A stretch of 64,000 nt of DNA, taken from the NCBI RefSeq assembly GCF_009914755.1, contig NC_060927.1; one strand, written 5' to 3'. Below the pieces are notes generated by a model. It had not been told where the DNA came from and did no database searches. It saw only the letters and a list, made by a program, of their open reading frames with translations. A program made the translations under genes and the position numbers. The stretch is from the human T2T-CHM13v2.0 reference genome, Homo sapiens. How positions within the stretch are numbered: position 1 is the first letter of the stretch; each line of letters opens with the position of its first letter. This document shows positions 41,561-54,489 of the stretch, in pieces.

Positions 41561-41864
41561 ATTCTCAGCAAACTGTCACAAGGACAAAAAACCAAACACT
41601 GCATGTTCTCACTCATAGGTGGGAATTGAACAATGAGAACACATGGACACAGGAAGGGGAACATCACACACCAGGGACTGATGTGGGGTGTGGGCAGAGG
41701 GGAGAGATAGCATTAGGAGATATACCTAATGCTAAATGACGAGTTAATGGGTGCAGCACACCAACATGGCACATGTATGCATATGTAACAAACCTGCATG
41801 TTGTACACATGTATCCTAAAACTTAAAGTATAATAATAATAATTAAAAAAATAAATTAATTAAA
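41561..41864 (+). mobile_element. L1PA4-like 3' end, about 300 bp, with 14-bp TSD
   Basis: TSD aaaatactgacatc at 41547-41560 and 41865-41878; TT/AAAA endonuclease site. Confidence 0.96.
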
Positions 41865-44372
41865 AAAATACTGACATCCATGTCCCCTTTTCTTCCTCCA
41901 CCATCATTCTTACCATCTACCCCACAAGGTTGCCCTAGAATGTGCATTTTGAAAGAATGTCTGTGTGTTTGTTATATGTATTTTTCTCTCTATCCACAAT
42001 GTGAGAAATATAGCAACAAATGCATTTCTCCAGCTTGACACTTTTCAGTGTCAGCATTCAATAATACATAAATTTTACCATTTAGGTCTCATTTTTCCAT
42101 TTTTTTCCGCAAAGAATTACAGACAAAAATAAAGTCAAAATTATTGCTGAAATTTCTGTATAAAATACCTACAACATCCTTTCAAGCTCTCAATTAAGTA
42201 TCCTTATGAAAATAAAGAAAATAATACAAACTTTTTCATAGGTAAGCCCATACCATGCTGTATTTTAGAAAACAATCCCTTTTTTCTAGATAGGCAGAAA
42301 TGCAGAAATCATATATTTAGTAATATACTGTAGAATTTTAAATAAAGCTTTTTATGTTTTGAGAAACTGCAAAAAATATATTGTCTGAAAGCATATATTA
42401 CAGATGCCATTTAACTACATGTCTTTGCCTATGACACTTTCCATTTTACAGAGTATACGAACTCTGTGTCTGAAAACTGAATATGATGAAATCTGAGTAT
42501 TACTCAATTATAAAGCTTTAAATATTGTTTTTTTTTAAATTTTCAACATCTTTTATCTATGGAGATATTTCCAACTTATGAGACAAGAGGTGCTAAGGAA
42601 TTAATAAAAATTACCCTTTACTGTATAAGACATTTGTTATGAGAATATGTCTCTTTTTTAACATTACATAAAACACTAAAAGAAAGGTTTTATAATGAAC
42701 AACCTGAAAATATATTTTATTGCATAATAGAAATACTTTGTAAGCATCTTATAGTTCAGATCAGATTAATAAAATATAATTTAGTATCCATTTGTACAAA
42801 CTTTCTACAGTTATTATGGCTGAATAAATGTTTCTTATGCATTCTTAAAGTATTTTGGTTATTAAATTCAAAAACATTAATGTTTTACTTGTTTTCTATG
42901 CAAAATAATTATTTTAGTTCTATCTGACAATCTAAACTTTAGTTGTAGAGGGGAAAGCAAATAAATGCAGTATATATTTCTCCCATGTAAAAAAGATTAG
43001 TTACAGATCAATTTTGCATTTTTTATTGTCTAAAAATATTTTCTCTATTTAATAATTCCTGAAGTATGTGTATTTTAATATTTGTTTTAAGCCTCAAAAA
43101 ATCATATTTATTAGTAATGATTCATAATAATCTTCTTAAATTATTTACATATTTTAAATATCTCATTTAATATGTTTTAAGTGCTCTTTTTACTAATGCA
43201 TATTTTAATTTCTTAGCACATTTATTTACTGAATTTCTGTCATGATAATATTATAGAGCGATAATGAGTTTAGACAGTTTTTCAGTTCCTTTAAATAAGA
43301 ACTCACAAAAAAATTAATGATTTGGCTTATATGGTTAAATTTTTTGTTTTTGTCTTAGAAGGTAATTGATAGGTACAATTTCATGTGAGTAAATTCAAAG
43401 AATAGCTGAGTGTAAGTTTTTGTGTGACGTGTGTCTCATTGTGGAGCAACAAGTGACTGGCGGGTTTGGGACAGTGAGAACAGCCATAGGTAGTGGCAGC
43501 AGCGGGCCTGCATGCTGGGATTTTGATGCCACCTGTCAGTGTGATGAGATTGCTCTTTTGAAGGATGGTTTTTGGTGCCCTAGTTTTCCTATTAACCCAC
43601 TTACTACCATACTGCTCACTTTCCCTTCTCTGGGACTAACTGCTGTGTCTTGTCCTGTCTTTGAAATAGAATCTTAAACACTCAGTGGAAGCTCTTAATT
43701 TAGGATATTGGTACCACGGGAGGGGAGCGCCTTAGAGAATTGAAGTACTCTTGTATTTTTTCACCTTCCAGGATAAAAGCATACTGTTTGGATAAGCACT
43801 GAAAATGGTTCAAGGAAAGAGTCCTAGCTAAAAATAGAAAAATAAATGAAGTCAAACATGAAGAAATTTTTCAAATGGTTCATGAAACAGTATGACATTA
43901 TTTTACACTTCCTTAAAAATTGAAGATTTTGAAGGGTAAACACATGCCTGGTGGTCTGAGGCAAAAGTCCTCATGCTTGTGAAATAAATATTTGTAGACA
44001 GGAATCTTTCTGTTTATTTGTTTTTTTTAATATGTTTTGAGAAAATAATGGAAACTCTTAAACACTGCACATAAAATTTAGAATATATTAACATTTAAAA
44101 TAGTAATTTGCCATCTGTTCTTTATTGAATTCAGAAAAGATGAATATCCACAATACAAATGACCCATGGTTATAAGAAAGTATCACTCTTTGAGCCAAGT
44201 GAATTGCAATGAGACTGATAGATTTTAAAAGTTATATTTTAAGGCTAGCAGTCTGAAGTGAATAGAACAATAATTAATTTACTCTTAGCATTTAATGTAT
44301 AACTTAATGTGGATTCTCAGAGCAGATTTAAATTTCTTTTTTTAGTTTAGAATATATTCCCACCGTCTGAAA

Positions 44373-44567
44373 CAAATCTTGGCAAAATATGGCCCATCGC
44401 TTGTTTTATAAAACAAATTGTATCAGAACAAAACCATGCCTACTCACTTACTTATTGTCTATGCCTGATTTCATGATACAACTGAGTCAACAGTTGTGAC
44501 AGAGACTGCATGTCTCACAAAACTTTTTACTATCTGGCCCTTTAAAGAAAAAGTTTGCTGACTTCTG
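44373..44567 (+). mobile_element. MER58A (hAT-Charlie)
   Basis: tactatctggccctttaaagaaaaagtttgctgacttctg terminus; gttgtgacagagactg. Confidence 0.88.
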
Positions 44568-44682
44568 TCTAAACCATAAAACTACATCCAATGAGGTCAA
44601 ATGTATTCTATTCTAAGGAGAGTGAGTATTGTAAAAAATTTATGTTCAATAGGCTTTACTTATAAATTTTGCAATTGCATAA

Positions 44683-44975
44683 GCAGTGTTACCCAATACA
44701 GTTTTGTGGAAAATTTGTGGTGTGTTTAAAAAAACAAAAACGAAAAACAAAAACAAGATTCTGTAGCTGAATGGAAACTAGATATTCTTTGTTTCTTTAT
44801 CTCACAATCAGTAAAATGTCAGAATAATAAAGATCTGAGAATTCATTCAATAAATTAACCATATTAGTTTTGTTTAAAGCATTTTAAACTTATTTGACCT
44901 CTCCTTCTCCAACCATGAAATATTTTTTAATATTTTTGCAGTATACTACTGTTTTCCGGAAGAGAATATTAGAAG
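44683..44975. mobile_element. hAT-Charlie MER remnant
   Basis: aaagatctgagaattc..ttttgtttaaagcattttaaacttatttgacc. Confidence 0.45.
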
Positions 44976-44983
44976 TGGCCATC

Positions 44984-45282
44984 AGCTGAGCACGGTGGCT
45001 CACGCCTGTAATCCCAGCACTTTGGGAGACCGAGGCAGCCGAATCACTTGAGGTCAGGGCTTGGAGACCAGCCTACCTAACATGGCAAAACACTGTCTCT
45101 ACTAAAAATACAAAAATTAGCCAGGCGTGGTGGTGCACCTGTAATCCCAGCTACTTGGGAGGCTGAGGCAGGAGAATTGCTTGAACCTGGGACATGGAGG
45201 CTACAGTGAGCCTAGATCATGCCACTGCACTCCAGCCTGGGCAACAGAGCAAGACTCCATCTCAAAAAAACAAAAACAAAAC
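44984..45282 (+). mobile_element. AluSz-like
   Basis: Full dimer; TSD aRaagtggcYRtc at 44971-44983 and 45283-45295. Confidence 0.93.
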
Positions 45283-46027
45283 AAAAGTGGCTGTCCTAAA
45301 AAATATGTAAATTGGAAATGTGACGACATGTAGGTCAAAGTAGCTTGCTGAATGGAATTCGTAGAATCATGGATTATAGATTTAAAGGAGCCCCACAGGT
45401 TGTTATTTAATGTAATTTCCAAACTTAACAGAAGATTCCTGAAAAATAAATTTAATAATTCAAATATGCCATTTTTTTACTGTATGAGAGATAGCTAATT
45501 ATAAGCACCTTAAAGTTTAACAAAATGCATTTAATGGATTATGTATGAATATTGGTTTCACTTTCTGGAGATGAAAGACATTATCATTATGCTGTGATAA
45601 ATGCTGAAACAACTGTGGATTTTTATTGGTTGGTGCTATAATTAATTTTAATAGGATATTTATGAGTTTCAACTACCTCTAGATTACTTTAAAACTAAGC
45701 ACTGAGAACACCATCCACATGTTTTGTTATTTTACAGGTGATATAAGTTTAATTGGGCAGATAATCCAAGTAGATTTTTATTTTGCCTCCAGAATATTAC
45801 TTTCACTTTAATGGTTTGAATGCTTCTTATCACTATTTTTGAATAGAATTAATTGAATTAATTTTTTTTTGATACTGTATGATGGAATAAATTTAGTAAA
45901 AGTGTTGGCATGTAACGTATTGGCCAAAAATATTGTTGAATTTGATAAACCCCAATGAGTATAAATTCAAAAAGATGAACTTTTAACTTCCTTTTAATAT
46001 TTGATTTTAAATATAGCCACTTTTACA

Positions 46028-46169
46028 TTTTCTTTTGTTCGTTTGTTTGGTAGAGATTAGATATCACTGTCTTGCCCAGGCTGGTCTCGAACTCCTAGGC
46101 TCGAGTGATCCTCCTGCTTCCACCTCCGAAAGTCTTGGGAATTATAAGCATGAGCCACCATGCCCAGCC
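46028..46169 (-). mobile_element. FLAM_C-like Alu monomer
   Basis: ctggtctcgaactcctaggctcgagtgatcctcctgc..gagccaccatgcccagcc; degenerate TSD tagcc..tttt. Confidence 0.85.
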
Positions 46170-46236
46170 TAGCCTATTTTATGGATTGACAATTGACTCT
46201 GCAATTTTATTTTCATATTCATTCATCTATTAAACG

Positions 46237-46875
46237 ATTCCTTACACCATATACAAAAGTCACCTCAAGATGGACTAAAGACTTAAATATAAAACCTAAA
46301 ACTATAAAAACCCTGGAAGATAACCTAGGAAATACCATTATGGAAATAAGACTAGACAAAGATTTCATGATGCACATGCCAAAAGCAATTGCAACAAAAA
46401 CAAAAATTGACAAATGGGGCCTAATTAAACTAACACAGCAAAAGAAACTATCAACAGAGTAAAAGACAACCTAGAGAATAGAAGAAAATGTTGGCAAACT
46501 ATACATCTGACAAACGTCTCATATCCAGAATTTATAAGGAAATTAAACGAATTTACAAGCAGAAAACAACTCCATTAAAAAGTTGGCAAAGGACATGAAG
46601 AGATACTTTTGAAAAGAAGACATACAAGTGACCAACAAGCATATGAAAAAGTGTTCAATGTCACTAACCAAAATGCAAATAAAAACCACAATGAGATGCC
46701 ATTCTCACACCAGTCAGAATGGCTATTATTAAAAAGTCAAAAAATAACAGATGCTGGTAAGATAGCAAAGAAAAGGGAACACTTATACACTGCTGGTGGG
46801 AATGTAAATTAGTTCAGCCAGTGTGGAAAGCAGTTTGGCGAGTTTTGAAAGCCTTTAAAACAGAGATCTTACTAT
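46237..46875 (+). mobile_element. L1PA15/16-like ORF2 3' fragment
   Basis: ORF 46193-46462 [34 protein letters not shown] is ORF2p-like. Confidence 0.9.
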
Positions 46876-47111
46876 GTGTTGCACTGGAATGTATTCAATC
46901 CCGTAACACAGAGGTCTTGTTTTGTATATTGCTGTGTCCCAATTGCCATGCACGCAGTAGCCACTCAAACTATCTGTTGAATAAAGGAATGATTCTAAGA
47001 GTGGAGAATCAGCAACAAAACACCACGTAGTCCCCATTCTGAATTGCTTAGAGATTAATAGGCTTTTGTAGCACTATGTAGAACATATACAATGAAGGTG
47101 AGCACAGGAAT

Positions 47112-47575
47112 TGTAAGACCGATGCAAGGACAGACAAGCCTCAAATGGGATGGTTCTTGGTTTTGCCCAGGAAAGATTTCAAAGGTGAGCTGGTGGTGTT
47201 AAACAGCAACTTTTATTGAAGTGGCAGTGTACAGCAGCAGCAGAGGTATTGTCCTTGCTGAGCAGTGCTACCCCATAGGCGTGTGCCCAGAATAGCAGCT
47301 AAGAGGCAGTTCTGCACTCATATTAATACTCACTTCTAATTGCATGCAAATTAAGAGGCGGCTTATGCAGGAGTTTCTAGATGAGGGTGGTAACTTCTCG
47401 GTCATCAGGTCATTGCCATAGAAAGGGGCAGTAACTTTGGGCTGTTTCCATGGCAATGGTAAAATGACATGGCACACTTTTGGGCATGTCTTATGGAAAG
47501 TTGCTTCTGCCCTGGACCTGTTTTAGCTAGTCCTCACTTTGGTCTTGCCTCCAGAGTCAAGTCCCACCTACTATG
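47112..47575 (-). mobile_element. ERV1 LTR (MER66-like) inserted in an L2 remnant
   Basis: ggcagttctgcactcatatt..atgcaaattaagaggcgg..ttatgcagga; tttatt polyA signal on the minus strand. Confidence 0.7.
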
Positions 47576-47754
47576 TTTGAATCACTTAGGAAGAACCTAA
47601 CCCACATTTTAGAAAGGGACCAGGGATGGCTTCCTTGCAAGAGGCAAACTTTGGCTTATGCCTAAAGGATGAGTAGGTTTTTTGTTGAAAGGAAGGATTT
47701 AACTTTTTTCAAAGAAGGGGGAATAACATGTACAAAAACCCAAAAGGTGAGAGT

Positions 47755-48490
47755 AGTAAATATTTGGGTTGTTTCCAATTTGGAGTATTTACAAATAAAG
47801 CTGTTATAATATGCAGGTACAAGACTTAGTGTGGACATGTATCTACATTTTTCTTGGGGAATTCATGTGGTGGAATTTCTGGGTCTGGTATATGTGTGTT
47901 TAATTTTATAATAAACTCCCAGTTTTTCAATATAGCTGTCCAATTTTACATTCTGACCAGCCTGTTATACATCACATGTCATTTCCCAAACTAGATATTA
48001 TCATCATTTTTACTTTTGGCTTTTCTAAAGAATTTGTAGTAGTATCTCATTGTGTTAATAGATTGCATTTCCTTAATAATAAGCGTATGTTGATGAAATT
48101 ATTAACCTTTCAAATATTTTTGGAAGGTATCTTTTCTAATCTCTGGCCTAATTTTTGAAATTGGATAGTTTGTATTTTTATTATTGAGTTATAAAGTTCG
48201 TTCTATATTCTAAATACAAGACTTTCGTTGAACAGTGTCTCCCATTTTGTGGCATACCTTTTTGTTTTCATAAAGATGATTTTTAAATTTTAAATATCGA
48301 TTTTTCTAATTTATCCGTTTTTTTTCTTTTGTAGTTTATACTCTTCAGGTCTTAACCTAAGAAATTATTTTGTCTGTCTAAAGTTGCCAACATTTTCTTA
48401 TGTGTTTTCTTTGAGAGGTTTTATAGTTTTAGCTTTTACATTTAAGTCTATGATCCATTTCAAGTCAGTTTTTTGTGATGGTATTTAATT
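47755..48490 (-). mobile_element. L1ME/L1M ORF2-3' fragment
   Basis: tttgggttgtttccaatttggag..ttatagttttagcttttacatttaagtctatgatccatttcaag. Confidence 0.75.
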
Positions 48491-49667
48491 TTAATAAGTA
48501 ATTGTAATATTGATCTAAACATTGCTTCTCTTTATTTTTCATTTGTGATGAATGTAGGAGAAAAGTTAAGCAGTGTAACCAAGATCACATCTAGTATAAT
48601 AGAGTCAGAGTTGGAAACAGATGTAGCTTACTTCAAAATAAATATTTTGTACTATCTAACATAAACCGTAATTTACAAAAGGGAAACTGAGCTAATGACA
48701 GAAGTTATAGATGATAATTTAAATAGGTAAACCAAATAATTGTTAACCAACATCCAACTTAAATATAAAAATGACCTCCAAATTGGAAAATTTTGAATTC
48801 TCTATAGGGTAATCTAAATTTTTAGGTAGGAATTTTTTTCAGGGTTTCAACTATCAAGATTTTACACTCAAGGTAAATTGTCAATTGCTCCTAGTTAATC
48901 ATTATTTGGAAATTTGGATCTAGCAGACAGAAATACAATTTCTAATTTGCTAATTTAAAAACATCATCATGGAAACACATTGCATTTTTAAATTCTCATT
49001 TTTAACTCTTTTATTTATTCAATAATTAATCAAATACCTAGTATTCTCTGTAAAAGGTTAATAAACATACAGAGATAAATATCACCTTATTGAAATTAAA
49101 TTATTAATAAAATATTACATTTTACACAATATTTGACAATTCAAAGATAAAGTAAGATTTTTTTAATCAGCATCCAAGAAAAATTTTATGACTGTAATAC
49201 AGAAAATATGTTGAAGTCCATTCATATTTGAGAAGTATAGTGAATTTTTTTATTAATTCAAGAAGATTAATTGTGTGTTTTGTATTTGTGAAATATAAGC
49301 ATTTTATTCTTACAAGGTTAAGCATCCTTAACATCTTAACTTCTTAACGTCTTAATTTCTGTGGTCTGGAGTATACCTTTTCCTTTGATTTTAACATCTT
49401 TTCTCTTTCTTTGCTCATCATACCTTTCAAGATTCTATTCTATGTAAACCATTTTTCACTGATTACTCGCTCCTTTGTATTTTTGAGACACTTACTGTCT
49501 AATAATTATTTTGTGTTTACATCTTACCATATATAAAGAAAAATCAGAGCATATTTGCAGGTGCTTATGCTGATGTTGTCCTGGTTCCTTGGCAGATCCT
49601 TTCCAGTGACACCTGTCCATCACTGAAGGCTTACCCTGTCATTAAAAGAAAGAAAAAAGTTAACTCT

Positions 49668-50074
49668 TGTATTAGTCTGTTCTTGCCTTGCTATAAAGTA
49701 ACACCTGAGAATGGGTAATTTATAAAGAAAAGAGGTTTCATTGGCTAACAGTTCTGCAGGCTATACAGCTGAGCATTGGCTCAGCTTCTGGGGAGGCCTT
49801 GGGAAACTTCCAGTCATGGCAGGAGGTGAAGGGGAAGCAGGCACATCTTACATGGCCAGAGCAGGAGCCAGAGGTGGGGAGAGGGGCTACACACTTTTAG
49901 ACAACCAGATCTCATGAGAGTTCCATCGGGAGAACAGCACTGGAGGATGGTGCTAAACCATTCATGAGAAACCGCCCTCAGGAGCCAATCACTTTGCATC
50001 AGGCCCCACCTCCAACGCTAGGGATTGCAATCCAACATGAGATTTCAGGGGGAACACAGATCCAAACTATATCG
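49668..50074 (-). mobile_element. MSTA-like MaLR solo LTR
   Basis: tgtattagtctgttcttg..gctataaag..ggatggtgctaaaccattcatgag..acacagatccaaactatatc. Confidence 0.92.
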
Positions 50075-50089
50075 GCTATTATAAGGTTA

Positions 50090-51125
50090 ATTTTTTAAAC
50101 ACCTTTATCCACATATCATAAAATTCACCTTTTAAAAATGTACAATTGCGGTTTAGTATATTCACGTAGTTGTTCAACTCTCATCACTATCTAACTTTAG
50201 AACATTTTGTTTTCTCTTCTTTATTTTTAGAGACAGAGTCCCACTCTGTTGTCCAGCATGATCTCAGCACACTGCAACCTCTGCCTCCCAGGTTCGAGTG
50301 ATTCTCATGACTCAGCCTCCCGAGTACCTAGGATTACAGGCATGCACCACCACGCCCAGCTAATTTTTTTTGTATTTTTAGTAGAGACAGGGTTTTGCCA
50401 CGTTGGCCAGGCTACTCTCGAACCCCTGGCCTCAAGTGATCTGCCTGCCTTAGCCTCCCAAAGTGCTGGGATTACAGGTGTGAGCCACCATGCCCAGTCT
50501 AATTTTAGAACATTTTCTTCACCCCAATAGGAAACCCCATACTTTTAAAAGTCACTCTTTATTCTTCCTTCCCCCTAGGCCCTGGCGATCACTGATCTAC
50601 TTTTTCATTATATAGATTTATTTATTATGGGCATTTCATACAAGTTGCATAATACAATAGGCCATCTTCTGTGACTGTCTTCTTTTACTTAGCGTAATGT
50701 TTTCAGTGTTCATTCATGTAGTACCATGCATTGGGACTTCATTCTCTTTATGGCCAATAATTTTTACGGCCAAATAATTTTCCATTATGTGAATATCCCA
50801 TATTTGATTTGTCCCTTCCTTAATTTACAGCATTTTGGTTTTTTCCACTTTTGGCTCTTATGACTAACGCTGACATGAACATTTATTTACATGTTTTTCT
50901 GTGGATATATGTTTTTGATTTTCTTGTTTGTATAACTAAGCATGGAATTGTCGGATCATATGGTAACAATTTTACATTTAAACTTTTGAAGAACATTCCA
51001 AATGTTTTTCAAAGTGGCTGCACAATTATATATTGCCACCAGCAATATATGAAGGTTCCGACTTCTCCACTTGCTTGACATTTACCTGTTATTATCTGTC
51101 CTTTGTATTATAGCCCTCTAGGGAG
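50090..51125 (-). mobile_element. L1MB 3' end interrupted by an Alu
   Basis: cacatatcataaaattcacc..ccctggcgatcactgatctac..ttttcaaagtggctgcacaatt. Confidence 0.82.
50209..50499 (-). mobile_element. AluSz-like with TSD
   Basis: TSD taaYtttagaacatttt at 50192-50208 and 50500-50516. Confidence 0.93.
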
Positions 51126-51387
51126 AGATAATTTAAGAAGTTATGGTTAATTATATACGTATTCTCCTTACCTGGGGGGAACTCGAAGAAGATATACTTT
51201 TTTAAAAAAATAAGAGGAATGTACATTTGACAATAGCCTTTCAATATTTGTAGCTATCCAAAGATTTACACACTTGAGTTAAGGAATCACTAATACAAGT
51301 AAATCATCTTAGAATTAAAAATTATACTTTTATTAATTTATTCAAAAGATCCCATTTAAGTTAATATTTCATACGTTTTGGATCATA

Positions 51388-51935
51388 TTTTTTCTTTTTA
51401 AGTTTTTAATTATGGATACATAATCACTATATATTTACAGGGTATATGTGATATTTTGATACAAGCATACAATGTGTAATGATCACATAAGAGTAATTGG
51501 GATATCATTACCTCAAGCATTTATCATTCCTTTGTGTTAGGAGGCTTTCAGTTACAGTCTCTTAGTTGTTTTGAAATACATGTTGTTGTTGTTGTTAACT
51601 ATAGTCATCCCTATTGTGCTACCAAACATTAGATCTTATTCCTTTTATTATATTTTATTAAGTAACAAATAATTTTATGTAACTATGGGGCACAATATGA
51701 TGTTTTGATATATCTATACGTTATGGAATGATTAAATCAAGCTAATTAATATATCCCTCACTTCACGTCCATATCAGTTTTTTGTGATGAGAACATTCAA
51801 AACCTACTCCTTAAGCAATTTTGAAATATGCAATGCATTATTATTAACTACAGTTACCATGTGGTGCAATAGACCACTGATACTTATTCTTCCTGTCTAA
51901 ATAAAACTTTGAATTCTTTAACCAGCATATCCCCT
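51388..51935 (-). mobile_element. Two tandem L1MA 3' ends
   Basis: gtgatattttgatacaagcatacaatgtgtaatgatc (51450); tatggggcacaatatgatgttttgatat (51685). Confidence 0.82.
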
Positions 51936-51969
51936 AGAGATATATAAATCTGTTTTGTTTTGTTTTGTT

Positions 51970-52068
51970 TTTCATCTTTTTAATGTGTTTCTTGCCAATT
52001 TGATTCAAGGGCCCAGCTGGTAAACCTAACAGAGTATAAGGGAAAAAAAATGTTCTTCCTCTCCTACA
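51970..52068 (+). mobile_element. MER34/MER39-like LTR 3' tip
   Basis: aagggaaaaaaaatgttcttcctctcctaca terminus. Confidence 0.5.
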
Positions 52069-53037
52069 CTACAATTAAACCAGAGAAGTTCTTTTACTTA
52101 AGGTATTATGAAGGTGGTTGTAGCATTTGTTGAGAATTATCAAACCCTTACTCTTTAATGAACAGAGAGAAATATAGTTTACTATGTGTTTATATGCAGC
52201 AAACTAGAAAAGATACGTAGTGGGCTCTACTATTCTCTAGTTCTTTCTCAGTAATCAACTGGTAATAATTTTTACCACTGTGACTAAGACAATAATTCTG
52301 ATTCTGTCAGATTTTTACCGTGTGGTTCATATAATTCTTGTTTCACGCAACCCTGTTTTCATTAGGATGCTTACTTCTTGCCTCAAGGCTCTTACAATAA
52401 ATTAGATATTCTTATCATTTGCCTATTTATTTTTGTAATAGCTGAGTAATGTTGAATCTCTCTTTTCTCCCCTGCCTTATTGCTCTATTTCTATATTTAT
52501 CCTCTCTCTGAGAACTTGTCTCTAGTGAAGAAATTTTCTATTTGGGTTTACGAGCTGCATAATTCTTTTTAGTATAATGGTAAATATTCCTATTGTCTGC
52601 ATTATCTTATTGACTATAATGATAATTTTTTGTTTTGAATCTGAGTTGGCAAAAGGCTTTTGCTGGTATCCTAAACTCTCCTAGATTTCACTGATGACAC
52701 AGATTTTGTATTCATTTGAGGACTTTTCTTGGAATGTTATATTGGAAAATTTGAACAGTGCACACAATTTGGAAAGATGCTTTATCATTATATCCTCAGA
52801 ATTGTCTTGACAAATAATACTTTCGGTTCTTTGATTGATTTAACTCTATCATTATAAATTAGGTTTTAGTTTCTTTGACTCATTGGATAACAAGAAAAAG
52901 TAGTCATATACTTTAGGCTTATATTTTGTGTAAAAATAAACTTTTAAATGCATGCACCTCCTTTCAAATAAGAATTATCCACACACCCATTGCTAAATTA
53001 TAATTTCTCTTAAATTTGTTTGTGCAATAATATTGCA

Positions 53038-53231
53038 TTATTACCAATTTTATTTCCAGAAATTATTACCAATATATTTATTTATTACCAATTTTATTAC
53101 CAATTTTTGTTTTATTTATTTATTTATTTTTATTTTATTTTACTTAATTTATTTTTAATTTATTTTATTTTATTACCAGTTTTATTTCCAGAAATCACTT
53201 CATTGTTATTACCAATTTTATTTCCAGAAAT
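53038..53231 (+). repeat. Three copies of 26-bp ttattaccaRttttatttccagaaat plus partial copies
   Basis: Copies at 53038, 53170 and 53206. Confidence 0.9.
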
Positions 53232-53786
53232 TAAGAATAAGTATGAAAGTAGAGAATGCAGTGTTTTTTTCACCATGCAGAAAAAAGTAAAATAATGAGC
53301 TGCTACTCTTGGGCCTTATTTAGGTCATGTTGAACAGACTTCGGCCAAGGACAGAGTCCTATGTCAGCTGGGACCTCCCACCAACTCAACATCTATACAT
53401 AATTAAGAAACTTTGAGTGTAGTTATTATTTAATGACCATTTAGTATTCTGATTAACCTGAACATTCAAGCTTCAGGCACTTATTTCATCATCTAACTCA
53501 TACATAAATAGACCACATTTGTCTAAATGAAGGCCCAATGCATCAATTTCCATTCAAAGCATAAGGACAAGAAAATTATAAACAGAAAAAAGATAAAACC
53601 TATTTTCATGAATGTCTCCCAATTTACCCCAATTTTCCTGGTAAGTTTGATTCTTGTCTAATCTACCCTGAAATTTAAAGGAAGCCTTCAATAATAGATT
53701 CCATTGTGAAATTGTTATTTTTGTCTTACCTTACTTTTAGTTTGTCTCGTTTGCAATAATATGTAATTGTATACATATTTATGTGC

Positions 53787-54475
53787 TGTCGGCAAGTGAA
53801 AGATAGCTTCCCTCCACCCTTCTAGGTTCTTTGGCTAGGCTACCAATTAAATTGAAAGAAAAAAGGTAGACTAATGGGTACAATTATACACTTACAAGAA
53901 ATAAGACTTGGTGTTCAATAGATTAGCAAAGCGAATATAGTTAACATTAATCAATTGTACATGTCAAAATAGCTAGAAGAGAATAATTCAAATATCTCTA
54001 GCATAAAGAAAAGATAAATATTTCAGGTGACGGGTCTCCCAATTACCTTGATTTGAGTATATGAATGTATCAAATTATCACATCTACCTCAAAAATATGT
54101 ACATCTAATATGTATCAATGAAAAACAAACAAATAAAGATTTAAAAAATCCAAAAACAGATGAACAGAAGAAAAGTTATATAAATTTATTACATGCATGG
54201 GGGCATCACATACAAGAGAAGTGACTACTCCAAAACCCAGTGACATCTAGAAGCTTCTATATGCCCAAGGAAGAGGGGAGGGGAGATTTAGGCAACTTAG
54301 GGGAGAATAAAAGATTTTTTGAAAAGACCAATGGCCCCTCAGATAAATAGTCGATAGCCTGTGATGAAGTCTGTGTGAGCATCGTATGACCTCCCATCTC
54401 CTCTCCTGTTATAAAGTTACTCTTTCTTGGTTGATGGGATTATCTGGGAGGAGATTCTTGACAACTGAGGCTAAA
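53787..54475 (-). mobile_element. MER34-like ERV1 LTR split by an L1MA insertion
   Basis: gcttccctccacccttctaggttc..aattaaattga / aacagatgaacagaagaaaag..aatttatt. Confidence 0.6.
53855..54150 (+). mobile_element. L1MA (4/5-like) 3' end
   Basis: ttgtacatgtcaaaatagctagaagagaataattc..aaatatgtacatctaatatgtatcaat plus A-rich tail. Confidence 0.85.
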
Positions 54476-54489
54476 ACTCTAGACAATCT

